Below are positions 1 to 9,867 of a stretch of 64,000 bases of DNA, piece after piece; the stretch's first letter is position 1; each line of letters begins with the position of its first letter. Source of the stretch: Candidatus Latescibacterota bacterium (GTDB taxonomy: Bacteria; Latescibacterota; UBA2968; UBA8231); contig OZ242318.1 in assembly GCA_965208105.1 (NCBI GenBank), positions 864,001 through 928,000 on the forward strand, in the 5' to 3' direction. A program made the position numbers and the translations under genes. The notes under the pieces were generated by a model. That model did not search any database, was not told where the DNA came from, and saw nothing but the letters and a program-made list of their open reading frames with translations.

Positions 1-177
1 CTCTACCTGCGCGAAATTATTCCGGTACACGATGTCCGCATCCGCTTCAACGGCTTCGAGGTGAAATCGGCGCGCCTTCCCCTCGCCGGGGTGGATCTCG
101 AGGTGGAAGGGGACCCGGCCACCGTGGTGGTGCCCAGGGTGGAGCTCCACGAAGTGGTGCTGGCGCAACTGGCCTGA
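1..177 (+). CDS. 3' end of an unidentified protein (partial)
   Basis: Frame 1 open from the window edge (LYLREIIPVHDVRIRF...VVVPRVELHEVVLAQLA) to TGA 175-177; GC3-rich codons. Confidence 0.7.
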   Translation, partial: LYLREIIPVHDVRIRFNGFEVKSARLPLAGVDLEVEGDPATVVVPRVELHEVVLAQLA

Positions 178-316
178 AACGTCTTCCGCGCCCGGAATCC
201 CGATCCATGGCGGTGCGGGGAGGGGAGCGCGGGCTCGCGGAGACCGGTTTGCCGGCTCCAACCCTGATTCAGCCGCAACCGCCGGGTGCGGGGTTGTCGA
301 GGACAATTTGGAAGCC

Positions 317-1159
317 ATGTTGAATTCGAACCAAGTCAGTTTCTTCAAAGAGTTCGGCTTCCTGGTTCTGCGCCACCTGCTTTCGGCGCAAGAGGTCGCG
401 AGAATCGGGGAGGAAGCCCGAGCGGCTGCGGACAGAATCTACGGCGACAGCCCGGGTGGGCCCCAGGGGAAATGGGTACCGCTCCTCGGCGACTCCACCC
501 CGTTCAATGCATCCCTGCTGGAGGACCGCCGCTTCCATTCCATCGCCACCGCGCTGTTCGACGACTCCATTTTCGGACTCAACACCGACGTGCTCTTCTG
601 GCAGGGTGATACCGGGTGGCACCGGGACCTGGACGTTCCCGGAAACACCGGGCTGAAGATCCTCTACTACCTGGATCCCCTGCGGGCGGACAACGGTGCG
701 CTCCGCGTCGTTCCCGCCAGCCACATCGAACCCCACGAGACCGAAATCCCCCAGGTCGATCCACTGGTGCTTGCCCCGGGAGAAGCCGACTACATGGACA
801 AGGTCCGCGCTCTCGCGGTCCATCCCGGCGGCAAAATGCTGCCCAGCGTCCTTGTCGAATCGGAACCAGGAGACGTCATCCCCTTCGCCATGCCCCTGCT
901 GCACGCCAGCTTCGGCGGCTGCCCAGGCCGCAGACTGGGGGCGACGGTTTACTGGTATCCATCGGCGACGCCGGCGCAGTTGGAGGCGCGGCGGCGGGAG
1001 GTGAAAGCGATCCGCGGCAACCACGTAAGGATGTTCGAGTTCCCCCTGGACGAGCCCTATTGCCACCCGGACTTCATCGCCGGCGCCAGGGGCAACGAGG
1101 TCCGCTCCCGCTGGTTGGGGCAGCTCAGGAACCTGGGATGGATCGAGGCAACACACTGA
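317..1159 (+). CDS. Phytanoyl-CoA dioxygenase (PhyH) family Fe(II)/2OG dioxygenase
   Basis: FFKEFGFLVLR N-terminus, WHRD (HxD), NGALRVVPASH, distal LLHAS; ATG 317 preferred over TTG 308. Confidence 0.85.
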   Translation: MLNSNQVSFFKEFGFLVLRHLLSAQEVARIGEEARAAADRIYGDSPGGPQGKWVPLLGDSTPFNASLLEDRRFHSIATALFDDSIFGLNTDVLFWQGDTGWHRDLDVPGNTGLKILYYLDPLRADNGALRVVPASHIEPHETEIPQVDPLVLAPGEADYMDKVRALAVHPGGKMLPSVLVESEPGDVIPFAMPLLHASFGGCPGRRLGATVYWYPSATPAQLEARRREVKAIRGNHVRMFEFPLDEPYCHPDFIAGARGNEVRSRWLGQLRNLGWIEATH

Positions 1160-1280
1160 GGTTCCGGCTTCTTTGCCGACAGGTTCCGGATGACCCGGAA
1201 ATCGCCCCCCGCGAGTACGACCGGAGGGCGGTCAACCATCAGGATTCCCGAGGGGTAATCCACCTGAACAGGAGAAAGCG

Positions 1281-2132
1281 ATGTTGAGCCCAGGCCAGGT
1301 CGCCGAGTACCACCAGAAGGGATACACCGTCCAACCCGGCTTCCTGAGCCCGGAAGCGGTGGAGGACATATTGGCCGAGGTCGGAAGGATCATCGGCGGC
1401 AGCACCCTCGCCGATCACGATGAATCGCGGATGGAAATGGAGCCGGAGCAGCCGCCGGAGGGCACCATGGTGCGGCGGCTCTACGAGCCCTGCACCCACT
1501 ATCCCCTGTTCAGAGAGCTCTCCGAGTCCGAGAAGCTGGGAAACTCGCTTGAGCAGTTGCTGGGGTCCGACCTGATGTTCCACTACAGCAAAATCAACAT
1601 GAAGCCTTCCGAGATCGGCTCGGTGGTGGAATGGCACCAGGACCTGCCCTACTACCCGCTGACCAACCGTGACTCGCTGGCGGTGCTGTTCTACCTGGAC
1701 GATGCAGACCGGGAGAACGGCTGCCTGCAGGTCCTGCCCGGGCGCCACCAGGGTCCGGTCCTCGGCCACATGAGCAACGGCTATTTCCAGGGCAAGGTGG
1801 TCGATGAGATGGACGCTTCCGAAGCCACCCTGGTGGAGGGCAAGGCCGGCAGCGCGATTTTCATGCACTGCATGACCCCACACGCCTCCATCGCCAACCG
1901 CTCTCAACGCGACCGGCGCACCCTCATCCTCAGCTACCGGGCGGCCGACGCCTATCCCCTCTACCACGGGGAGATGACCCTCCGCATCGAGTCCAACGCG
2001 CGGCTGGTGCGCGGTGAACGGGCCCCGACGGCGCGCTTCACCATGAAGGAGTTTCCCATTCCCCTCCTGAAGGGGAAAAGCTCCTCGCTCTACAAGCTGC
2101 AGGAGCGCTCCAGGGCGGGGGAAATCCGCTAG
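1281..2132 (+). CDS. PhyH family dioxygenase
   Basis: EWHQD, DADRENGCLQVLPGRH, TPHAS, RRTL; AGGAG RBS upstream. Confidence 0.9.
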   Translation: MLSPGQVAEYHQKGYTVQPGFLSPEAVEDILAEVGRIIGGSTLADHDESRMEMEPEQPPEGTMVRRLYEPCTHYPLFRELSESEKLGNSLEQLLGSDLMFHYSKINMKPSEIGSVVEWHQDLPYYPLTNRDSLAVLFYLDDADRENGCLQVLPGRHQGPVLGHMSNGYFQGKVVDEMDASEATLVEGKAGSAIFMHCMTPHASIANRSQRDRRTLILSYRAADAYPLYHGEMTLRIESNARLVRGERAPTARFTMKEFPIPLLKGKSSSLYKLQERSRAGEIR

Positions 2133-2265
2133 ACAAAACCGCGCCGGAGCGCTGCCTGATCCGGCGCGGGATCCGCGCATCACGGCAGGTAACGGGTCGT
2201 CTCCTCCTTCGGTGCAGATCCGCGGCTCTGGCCTTCTACCCGGATTCCGAAGCCTGCATCCCTTC

Positions 2266-2799
2266 CTATTCGCGCTCCTCCTCGTCGTGGTCGTGATCCT
2301 GGTCGGTATCCTCTCCAGGACCGCCTTCCTCGACGTGAATCTCGATCTCCTTGGAGACAAAGTCGGCGTGGCCGGCGTGGTTGATCTTGAGGACGATGGT
2401 TGTGTGCCCCTCTTCCAGGCCCACGATGTGAAAAGACCAGGGTCCATCCAATTCGTGCTGCTCGAACTCGGCGATGCTCTCGTCGTCTATCTCCCAGCCC
2501 AAGGAGAAGCCCTCCTCCGCATCGGGAACGAAGAGGTCGCCGTCCTCGGCGATGAAGCGCACGTTGAGCAGGGCGGTCTCCTTGCCGTGACCCACCTCGA
2601 TTTCTCCTTCGACCTCGCCGTTCTCGTAGCGCACGATCTCCTCGCCGCTGCTGCGGATGATCAGGCCTAAGGCTTCGGCGTGCTCCTCGTCGTGGTCGTC
2701 CGTATCGACGGGATTGTCATCATCGCCGCAGGCGGCGATGAACAGGGCGAGTGCAAATATTCCGAAAGTGGGACTGAACTTTGTGATGTTCCTGAGCAT
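2266..2799 (-). CDS. His/acidic-rich lipoprotein, probable metal-binding protein
   Basis: Signal peptide with lipobox FIAAC, then DTDDHDEEHAEA, internal HAGHADF, C-terminal DHDHDEEERE; GGAG RBS before ATG 2799. Confidence 0.75.
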   Translation of the reverse strand: MLRNITKFSPTFGIFALALFIAACGDDDNPVDTDDHDEEHAEALGLIIRSSGEEIVRYENGEVEGEIEVGHGKETALLNVRFIAEDGDLFVPDAEEGFSLGWEIDDESIAEFEQHELDGPWSFHIVGLEEGHTTIVLKINHAGHADFVSKEIEIHVEEGGPGEDTDQDHDHDEEERE

Positions 2800-2956
2800 G
2801 ATCTGATTCTCCAATTGTTGAATTTTCGCGGACCCTTCCGGGACCCGCCATCGAGTAATGGTACAACGGCCTGGAGGTAGGAGCACGGCAGGATGCATCA
2901 TGCGGCAAGCCTTCACTGCTTCCTCGTCCGGACCGACGAAACGATGAGTGGAGAAC

Positions 2957-2999
2957 GCATCCTGGGCGCCCGGAACGCCGGTTCCGGCGGCGCGGATGC
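2957..2999 (-). promoter_or_regulatory. GC-rich hairpin directly after the RAPP leader stop codon
   Basis: Nested inverted repeats GCATCC/GGATGC, GCGCC/GGCGC, CGGAAC/GTTCCG. Confidence 0.55.
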
Positions 3000-3314
3000 T
3001 CAGGAGCAGGGTGGGGCGCGGTTACTGCAGAAAAAGCCGCAGAAGAACAGCAGCAGGGGGACCGACCAGAGTACCGGGGAGCGGCCCCGGCACCCGGGTC
3101 GGATGAAGTACAGGAACAGGATGAAAAGGGATAGCAGTACCAGACTGCTCTCCAGCATGTGCACCGGGCAGGACTCGGGTTCGCCGGGGCCCTGGTGGAA
3201 CAGCTGGTGGCTCAGCGGCAGGGCCAGAAAGATACCCAGGAGGAGAGCCGCCAGGGCCAGACCGGCCAGGCGGGCCGGGCGGCGCTGAAGGGCTATGGTG
3301 AATCGAGGGTTCAT
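3000..3314 (-). CDS. DUF2946/CruR-like membrane leader peptide with C-terminal RAPP arrest motif
   Basis: Hydrophobic helix, HQLFH...CPVH segment, second hydrophobic stretch, C-terminus ...CSNRAPPCS*. Confidence 0.7.
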   Translation of the reverse strand: MNPRFTIALQRRPARLAGLALAALLLGIFLALPLSHQLFHQGPGEPESCPVHMLESSLVLLSLFILFLYFIRPGCRGRSPVLWSVPLLLFFCGFFCSNRAPPCS

Positions 3315-3324
3315 CGGCTGGGCT

Positions 3325-3357
3325 TAATATAGGGTCTCGCACGAGAAAATGCGAGAC
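3325..3357 (-). promoter_or_regulatory. Palindrome GTCTCGCA-N8-TGCGAGAC next to a TATATT -10-like hexamer
   Basis: Perfect 8-bp arms at 3334-3341 and 3350-3357; TATATT at 3330-3325, 10 nt before the leader ATG. Confidence 0.45.
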
Positions 3358-3523
3358 ATCCCCTGCCTGCCACCAGCGGTCCGAGGGAATGGCTGACATG
3401 CCCACAGCAACCGGGGATGGACGCTGGCCGGGGCGGGACTCGGGATGCAACCCGGTCCACTCCGACGGAATGCCCGGGTTCTCCCGAAGGGGTTGGGCCG
3501 CGGCAGCAGCGCGGCCCCTTTCA

Positions 3524-4954
3524 TCAGGGCGCGACCTGGAAGGAATAGAGCTTTGCCCGCCGCATGCTGAAGCGCAGGCGCAGCGGTTGAGCGATCTCCC
3601 CTAGCTTTCCGCCTCCGCTCCATACCACCTGATGATCTAGCGAGTCCCCTTCAATGACCCTGCATTGCTCGCGGGTAAAGCCGGCCACGGGCTCGCCGTA
3701 GAGGGTGAGGGCCTCGACCTGCAGCGATCCTCCGCGGGCGTCGGCGTTCAACCTCAGGGCGCGGCCGCCGTCGAAATGCAGCGGCTTGGTGGTGAGCGTC
3801 CCTTCCCTGTCCCCGGCGGCCATGGAGGCGAATCCGTCCAGGCGCAACCGGGCCAGGCCCAGCTCGTCTCCCCTCATCTCGCGCCCGTTCCTCCTCGTCC
3901 CCATCAGCTCGGAGATCTGGATGTGGGGAATGTTGGAGCCGCGGTAGTAGAGCCGGATCTCATCATCCCCCACCTGGGCACAATCGAGATAGACCCGTTT
4001 CTCGTCCCATCCCCCGGTATCGCCGGAAAGAAAGGCCTGGCGCTCGCCCACGCGGGTCCAACTCCTGCCGTCGCGGCTGCATGCGAGCTGCACGTTCAGG
4101 GTGAAATTGAGCCCCTCCAGCGGCCGCTCGTCCCCGGTGAAATGGTAGAAAACGATCACGAACCCGATATAACAGCCTTCGTAGCGCAGGACGGGCATGT
4201 AGTAGAACTCAGTCCCTGGTCCGTCGACCTCGTCCGGTACCACGACCTCTTCGAGATCGGTCCAGTGCTCGAAGTCGATGCTCTCGCTGCGCCCGATCCG
4301 CCGCGTCGGGAAGGCGCTCTCGTCCGCCGTCCCGGTCCAGCGTTTCACGTGGTGGCCGTTGGGCCGCATGTAGAGGACGTAGCGGCCGCAGCGCTCGTCC
4401 CAGAAGACCGCCTGGCCGCCGTCGCCGGTGGGCGCGATGACCGGGTTTCCCTCGTAGGCGGACCAGGTCAGGCCGTCCCCGGAAAAGGAGACCCCGGCGC
4501 CGTGGGTTTTCGCCACGAAGTGCACCATCTTGAAGCGCCGCCGGGGATCGGGGTCGCGCAGATCCTGGATCACCGCCTTGTCATGAGCGAAGCCTTGCGG
4601 AGTCGAAACCAGATTGTTGTCCTTGCTGCCCTGGAAGTCCACCAGGCCGAGGCAGGGCCGCTCGAAGTGGATCCCGTCCTCGGACGTCGCGTAGCACAGG
4701 CCGGGACCGGGCACGCTGTACCAGAGCTTGTAGATCCCCTCCTCCTGGTCGAACAGGAGGTCGCAGTAGAGGAAGCGCCCCATTTCCCAGGGCCTGTCCA
4801 TGACCAGGATGGGATTGGCCCCGTCCTTCTCGGGCCGCTCCACGAAGCGGGAAACTCCCTCCCTGAACGCAACCAGGTGATCGTCTATGAATAGCTGCCT
4901 CTCGCGGCCGATCCTTACCACCTCGGGCAGGCGTTCTACTGCCTCCTCTGCCAT
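3524..4954 (-). CDS. Five-bladed beta-propeller glycoside hydrolase-like protein (GH32/43/130-like)
   Basis: RQLFIDD, YATSEDGIHFERP, DPDPRRRFKM, SRDGRSW, LARLRLDGFAS; strong GAGGAGG RBS. Confidence 0.75.
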   Translation of the reverse strand: MAEEAVERLPEVVRIGRERQLFIDDHLVAFREGVSRFVERPEKDGANPILVMDRPWEMGRFLYCDLLFDQEEGIYKLWYSVPGPGLCYATSEDGIHFERPCLGLVDFQGSKDNNLVSTPQGFAHDKAVIQDLRDPDPRRRFKMVHFVAKTHGAGVSFSGDGLTWSAYEGNPVIAPTGDGGQAVFWDERCGRYVLYMRPNGHHVKRWTGTADESAFPTRRIGRSESIDFEHWTDLEEVVVPDEVDGPGTEFYYMPVLRYEGCYIGFVIVFYHFTGDERPLEGLNFTLNVQLACSRDGRSWTRVGERQAFLSGDTGGWDEKRVYLDCAQVGDDEIRLYYRGSNIPHIQISELMGTRRNGREMRGDELGLARLRLDGFASMAAGDREGTLTTKPLHFDGGRALRLNADARGGSLQVEALTLYGEPVAGFTREQCRVIEGDSLDHQVVWSGGGKLGEIAQPLRLRFSMRRAKLYSFQVAP

Positions 4955-5147
4955 TTATCTTCCTCCTCTATTTGGTCACAGATCTTTTTCATGCACCCGA
5001 TCCCCGAAACGGCGGGGATGGAAAAATAATGCCGCCGCAACCATGCCGCAATCTCCCCTCCTCCCAAGTGTCCTGGATGGCATGGCACTCCTTGACAAAG
5101 GCACCGGACAGGAACTTATTCTGGTAACTTTGCAGGAAAATCCACGG

Positions 5148-5538
5148 ATGGCAAATCAGCTTTCGAGACGGATTTTGGGGCGCACCGGCCTGGAGATCAC
5201 CCAGTTGGGATACGGTACCGCCCTGCCGGAGCTGAGCGCGAAGGACCACGGCGACAGGTTCGCCGGCGAGCTCCTCAACGCGGTGCAGGACGAGGGCATC
5301 AACTTCATGGACACGGCCCCTGACTACGGGCTCAGCGAGGGCGGACCGTCACGCATTCATCCTGCGCTTCACCCTCTCCCACCCCGCCTGTCACCCTACC
5401 ATCGTGGGAACAGGCAAGCTCGACCATCTGGCCGCGAACCCGTGTTCGGCTCAGGAGGGGGCGCTGCCAGCCAGGTTGTACGCCAACGCAAGGGAAGCGT
5501 TGTCCAGGTGTGGTGAGGTTCCCGAACAGCCGTCTTGA
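5148..5538 (+). pseudogene. Aldo/keto reductase, internally deleted and frameshifted
   Basis: N-terminus RRILGRTGLEITQLGYG...GINFMDTAPDYGLSE joins at ~5340 to an out-of-frame C-terminus FILRFTLSHPACHPTIVGTGKLDHL; the middle of the barrel is missing. Confidence 0.85.
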
Positions 5539-5762
5539 GAATGGCCGACGGGCCTCGCCGGCCGGGGCTGCCGGCACCAGCGGCGGGTCAGCGTTTCCAG
5601 CTTCAGGGCGGCAGGACTTCCCCACCCTCAGCGGAAACCGCCCTGGTCCACCACAGGTCCCACCGATGTCCCGCCATCTGGGGTGCCAAACCCTGCCAGG
5701 AGGACGCCGCAACCCTGAAATCCCGCATCTCTTCCATCCTACCTCAATAAGGAGTGTTCCAG

Positions 5763-6737
5763 ATGACAGTAGATTCACCGGCAAACCTGCTGACAAATCC
5801 CTTTGGCCTGCGCGACGAGGACGGCTACGAATGGCTCAAGGGAAATCTGCATTCGCACACCACCAATTCCGACGGCAAACCCTCTCCCCAGGAGCGCCTC
5901 GACGGCTACCTCGACCAGGGCTACGACTACCTCTGCCTGTCGGACCACTACAACATCACCAGGGTAGACAGCGTCCGCTGTCCCGCCGACTTCACCCTGG
6001 TTCAGGGAGTGGAGCTGCATCCCGACAACCCCTTCGGCGGCCAGCGCCACCACTTCGTCTGCCTCAACGTTGAGGACGATATGGATTCGGCCAATATGCC
6101 TCCCCAGTACGTGATCGACGCGGTCAACGAGCAGGGCGGCGCCGTGTTTCTCGCCCATCCCCACTGGAGCTCGGTCAGCGTCGGACGCGACGTTCTTCCG
6201 CTCCGGGGCTTTGCCGGCATCGAGGTCTTCAACACCACCTGCCGCTGCGCCGGGCGCGGGGATTCGTCAGTGCACTGGGACGACTGGATGGAGCAGGAGG
6301 ACAAACTCTATCCGGCCCTGGCCAACGACGATTCCCACGCGCTTGATTCCGAGGAGCGCGACACCTACCAGGGTTGGACCTGGGCGCGGGTAAAGGAACG
6401 CAGCCCCGGCGCCGTCCTCGATGCCCTGGTGCGGGGCGCCTCCTACTGCAGCAATGGACCCGAGATCCGCGACATCCGCCTGCGCCGGGTGGACGAGGAG
6501 GGCGACGAGAAACAAGCTGTCGAGGCCACCGTGCAGTGCTCGGAAGCCCTGCGCATCCTGGCGGTGGCCGATCGCGTCGGCGTCCAGTACTGGGAGAAGG
6601 GGGAAACCTTCGAGGAGGCCACCTTCACCCTGCGCCCGGGCTCGCGTTGGACCCGCTTTGAAATCTTCTCACCCGACGGCAGCAAGGCCTGGTCCAACCC
6701 CTTCGATCTCACCCGCCTGAGCCGGAGCTCGGACTAA
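5763..6737 (+). CDS. PHP-domain metallohydrolase (CehA/McbA-like)
   Basis: KGNLHSHTTNSDG, LSDH, GVELH, AHPHWS, IEVFN, NDDSH. Confidence 0.85.
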   Translation: MTVDSPANLLTNPFGLRDEDGYEWLKGNLHSHTTNSDGKPSPQERLDGYLDQGYDYLCLSDHYNITRVDSVRCPADFTLVQGVELHPDNPFGGQRHHFVCLNVEDDMDSANMPPQYVIDAVNEQGGAVFLAHPHWSSVSVGRDVLPLRGFAGIEVFNTTCRCAGRGDSSVHWDDWMEQEDKLYPALANDDSHALDSEERDTYQGWTWARVKERSPGAVLDALVRGASYCSNGPEIRDIRLRRVDEEGDEKQAVEATVQCSEALRILAVADRVGVQYWEKGETFEEATFTLRPGSRWTRFEIFSPDGSKAWSNPFDLTRLSRSSD

Positions 6738-6933
6738 GGAAGCAGATCCCGGCGCAAAGGGGAGGGGCACCCGAACCTCCGGGTCTCTCCATCGGCTCCC
6801 CCGACCGCGGCAACGGCTGCATCCGCTGTGTCGAGGGCCGCCGCCTCAGGGCCAACACCGTCGCCTTCGACGTGTCTGGGAACGGGCGCGGGGAGCCGAC
6901 CCAACGGGTTTTACGCGAAAGTTCAGCGGGAAC

Positions 6934-7956
6934 ATGAAGGCTGCTTACTATCACGGCAACCGGACCATCGGGATCGAATCCTGCGTGCCGCGCCGGCCGG
7001 CGGCGGACGAGGTGCGCATCGAGGTGGCCTACGGCGGGGTGTGCGGCTCGGACCTGTCCATCTTCCAGGGACACCGGGACATGCGCATGCGACTGCCCAT
7101 GATCATCGGCCACGAGATGTCCGGAACGATTGCCGAGGTCGGAGTCCAGGAGCAGAAGTGGCGGGAGGGCGACCGCGTGGTGGTCCGTCCCCTGGACCCC
7201 TGCGGCAACTGTCCGTCCTGTGCCTCGGGCGACTTCCATGTATGCTACCACCTCAACTTCCTGGGGGTCGAATCGGCCGGCGCTTTCCAGTCCTCCTGGA
7301 CCGTTCCGGCCCACACCCTGCACCGCCTGCCCGCCTCCCTGCCCCTGGACCTGGCCGCCCTGGTGGAGCCCACCGCGGTGGCCTATCACGCGGTGGAAGC
7401 CAGCTCCCTGGAGCCCGGTCAGTGGGCGGTGGTCATCGGCGGCGGCCCCATCGGACTGCTCAACGCCCTGGTGGCGCGGCGCCGGGGCGCTCGGGTCCTC
7501 CTCGCGGAAATCAACCCCAGCAGGCTGGAGTTCGCCCGCAGTATGGGACTGGAAACGGTGGACCCCCTGGAGGAAGACCTCGAGGCCGTCGTGCTGGAGC
7601 GCACCGGCGGGTCGGGGGCCGACGTGGTCTTCGAGGTGTCGGGGACCGCCGCCGGGGCGGCGGCGATGACCGGACTGGCGCGGGCCAGGGGCCTGATCGT
7701 GGTGGTGGCCGTCTTCAACGAATCGCCGAGGATCGATCTCTTTCGCTCCTTCATGCGGGAGCTGAGGTTCTGCGCCGTGCGCGCCTACGAGCCGAAGGAT
7801 TTCGAGCGCTCCATCGCCCTGATCGCCGGCGGAGAGCTACCCCTCGAGCGCATGATTTCGAAGAGGCGCTCCCTGGATGAGCTTCCGGAGGTATTTGCGC
7901 AGATGGAGTCCAGTCCGCAGATTATCAAGGTTCTTCTGGACCTCAAGGGAGCATAG
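6934..7956 (+). CDS. Zn-dependent medium-chain dehydrogenase (sugar-acid/polyol type)
   Basis: GVCGSD, GHEMSG, CGNCPSC..C, GGGPIG. Confidence 0.9.
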   Translation: MKAAYYHGNRTIGIESCVPRRPAADEVRIEVAYGGVCGSDLSIFQGHRDMRMRLPMIIGHEMSGTIAEVGVQEQKWREGDRVVVRPLDPCGNCPSCASGDFHVCYHLNFLGVESAGAFQSSWTVPAHTLHRLPASLPLDLAALVEPTAVAYHAVEASSLEPGQWAVVIGGGPIGLLNALVARRRGARVLLAEINPSRLEFARSMGLETVDPLEEDLEAVVLERTGGSGADVVFEVSGTAAGAAAMTGLARARGLIVVVAVFNESPRIDLFRSFMRELRFCAVRAYEPKDFERSIALIAGGELPLERMISKRRSLDELPEVFAQMESSPQIIKVLLDLKGA

Positions 7957-7961
7957 CTGCT

Positions 7962-8732
7962 GTGGGTATCACGGAGAAGTTCCGGCTCGACGGCAAGACC
8001 GCCCTGGTCACCGGGTGCCGCAGAGGCATTGGCAAAGGGTTCGCTCTGGCCCTGGCCGAGGCCGGTGCCGACATCGTCGGGGTGAGCGTGGCGCAGGAGC
8101 GGGAGGGCAGCGCCGTTCAAAGGGGAGTTGAGGCGTGCGGGAAGCGGTTCAGGGGCTATGCCTGCGACTTCGCCGAGCGCCGGGCACTTTACGGCTTCAT
8201 CGAGCAGGTCAAGGAGAACAGTCCTCGCATCGATATCCTGGTCAACAACGCCGGGATCATCCGGCGCAGCGCCGCCCTGGACCATGCCGACGAGGACTGG
8301 GACGCCGTTGTCGAGGTCAATCTCAACGCCCAGTTCATCCTGGCCCGGGAGTTCGGCCGCGACATGGTGGATCGAGGCGAGGGCAAGATAGTCTTCACCG
8401 CCTCGGTGCTGAGCTTCCAGGGCGGAATAACCGTGCCCGGGTACGCCGCGGCAAAGGGCGGCATCGCCCAGTTGACCATGGCGCTGGCCAACGAGTGGGC
8501 GGCGAGGGGAGTCAACGTCAACGCCATCGCACCCGGCTATATCACCACGGACAACACCGCACCGCTGCAGCAGGACCGCGAACGCTACGAGCAGATCCTC
8601 GGGCGGATTCCGGCGGGGCGCTGGGGAGGCCCGGAGGACCTCGGCGGCGCGGTGGTCTTCCTCTGTTCGCCGGCGGCAGACTACGTCCACGGGACCATCC
8701 TCTCCGTCGACGGCGGCTGGATGGGGCGCTGA
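7962..8732 (+). CDS. kduD: SDR, 2-dehydro-3-deoxy-D-gluconate 5-dehydrogenase-like
   Basis: TGCRRGIG, NNAG, ASVLSFQGGITVPGYAAAKGG, NEWA..GVNVNAIAPGY, RIPAGRWG, VDGGWMGR. Confidence 0.8.
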   Translation: MGITEKFRLDGKTALVTGCRRGIGKGFALALAEAGADIVGVSVAQEREGSAVQRGVEACGKRFRGYACDFAERRALYGFIEQVKENSPRIDILVNNAGIIRRSAALDHADEDWDAVVEVNLNAQFILAREFGRDMVDRGEGKIVFTASVLSFQGGITVPGYAAAKGGIAQLTMALANEWAARGVNVNAIAPGYITTDNTAPLQQDRERYEQILGRIPAGRWGGPEDLGGAVVFLCSPAADYVHGTILSVDGGWMGR

Positions 8733-8757
8733 ACCAGATTTTGCGGAGGGATTTCTT

Positions 8758-9765
8758 ATGAAACAACTGAGCGCGGCACAGATCGAGGAATTCAACGAGC
8801 AGGGATTTCTCGTGGTCAAGGACGTTCTCGACCCGGAGGAGGACATTGCGCCGGTCATCGCCGAGTACGGGGAGGTGCTGGAGCGTCTGGCGCAGAAACT
8901 CTACGAGCGCGGCGACATCTCTTCGACCTTCGACCATCTGCCGTTCGGCGAGCGCCTCACCCGCATCTACGTGGAGAGCGGCAAGGTCCATGCCCAGTAC
9001 TTCGATTTCTCCCTTCCCCAGAAGGGGATAAAAGCGGACACCCCGTTCTGGACCGGGCCTGCCGTCTTCAACGCCCTGCGCAACGAGAGATTGCTCGACC
9101 TGGCGGAGTCCCTGGTCGGTCCGGAAATCTACTCGGTGCCGGTGCAGCACGTGCGCATCAAGCCTCCCGAGCATCTCCTGCTCTCATCCGAGGACACCAG
9201 GGTCTCTCCCGATGACCTCCAGGCCGCGATCGAGGGAGGCAACCTGGTGATCTCGACTCCCTGGCACCAGGACCTGGGAGTGGTGCTGCCGGATGCAGAC
9301 CAGACCGACATGCTGACCGTGTGGTTTCCGCTCACCGAGGCCACCGTCGAGAACGGCTGCCTTCTGCTGGTTCCGGGCAGCCACCACGGCGGGCTCCTGC
9401 GCCACTGCCCGAGCAGCTCGGGCATCCACATTCCCCAGCAGCTCTTCCGCGAGGAAGACGCCGTACCCGTGCCCATGGAACCCGGGGACGTGCTGCTCAT
9501 GACCCGCTGGACCTGCCACTCCTCCCTGCCCAACCGCAGCGGCGGTATCCGCTGGAGCTTCGATCTGCGCTATTGCCCCACCGGACAGTCCAGCGGGCGC
9601 GGGATTTTCCCCGGCTTCGTCGCCCGCAGCCGCGCCCATCCGGAAACCGAGCTGCGCGACCCGGGGACATGGGACCGCATGTGGCACGAGGCCCGCGACC
9701 TGCTGGCCATTCAGGAGGACCCCGCCTTCAACCGCTGGAGCGCAGGCCACCCGGTCTGCGCCTGA
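8758..9765 (+). CDS. PhyH family dioxygenase
   Basis: FNEQGFLVV, PWHQD, ENGCLLLVPGSH, TCHSSLPN, RWSFDLRY. Confidence 0.9.
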   Translation: MKQLSAAQIEEFNEQGFLVVKDVLDPEEDIAPVIAEYGEVLERLAQKLYERGDISSTFDHLPFGERLTRIYVESGKVHAQYFDFSLPQKGIKADTPFWTGPAVFNALRNERLLDLAESLVGPEIYSVPVQHVRIKPPEHLLLSSEDTRVSPDDLQAAIEGGNLVISTPWHQDLGVVLPDADQTDMLTVWFPLTEATVENGCLLLVPGSHHGGLLRHCPSSSGIHIPQQLFREEDAVPVPMEPGDVLLMTRWTCHSSLPNRSGGIRWSFDLRYCPTGQSSGRGIFPGFVARSRAHPETELRDPGTWDRMWHEARDLLAIQEDPAFNRWSAGHPVCA

Positions 9766-9867
9766 GTCCCTCAGCCCGCCGCGCACCCCTTCGGAGGGCC
9801 CCGCATCCCGCGATACAACGGGGCCGCAAGGTGGCCCCAGGTCCATTTTTTCATTCAGGAGAGCAGC

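Noticed and set aside
6785-6850. DRGNGCIRCVEG in an intergenic frame, resembling the PhyH 'ENGCL.V.PG' motif
   Set aside because: Too short, with no other family motifs
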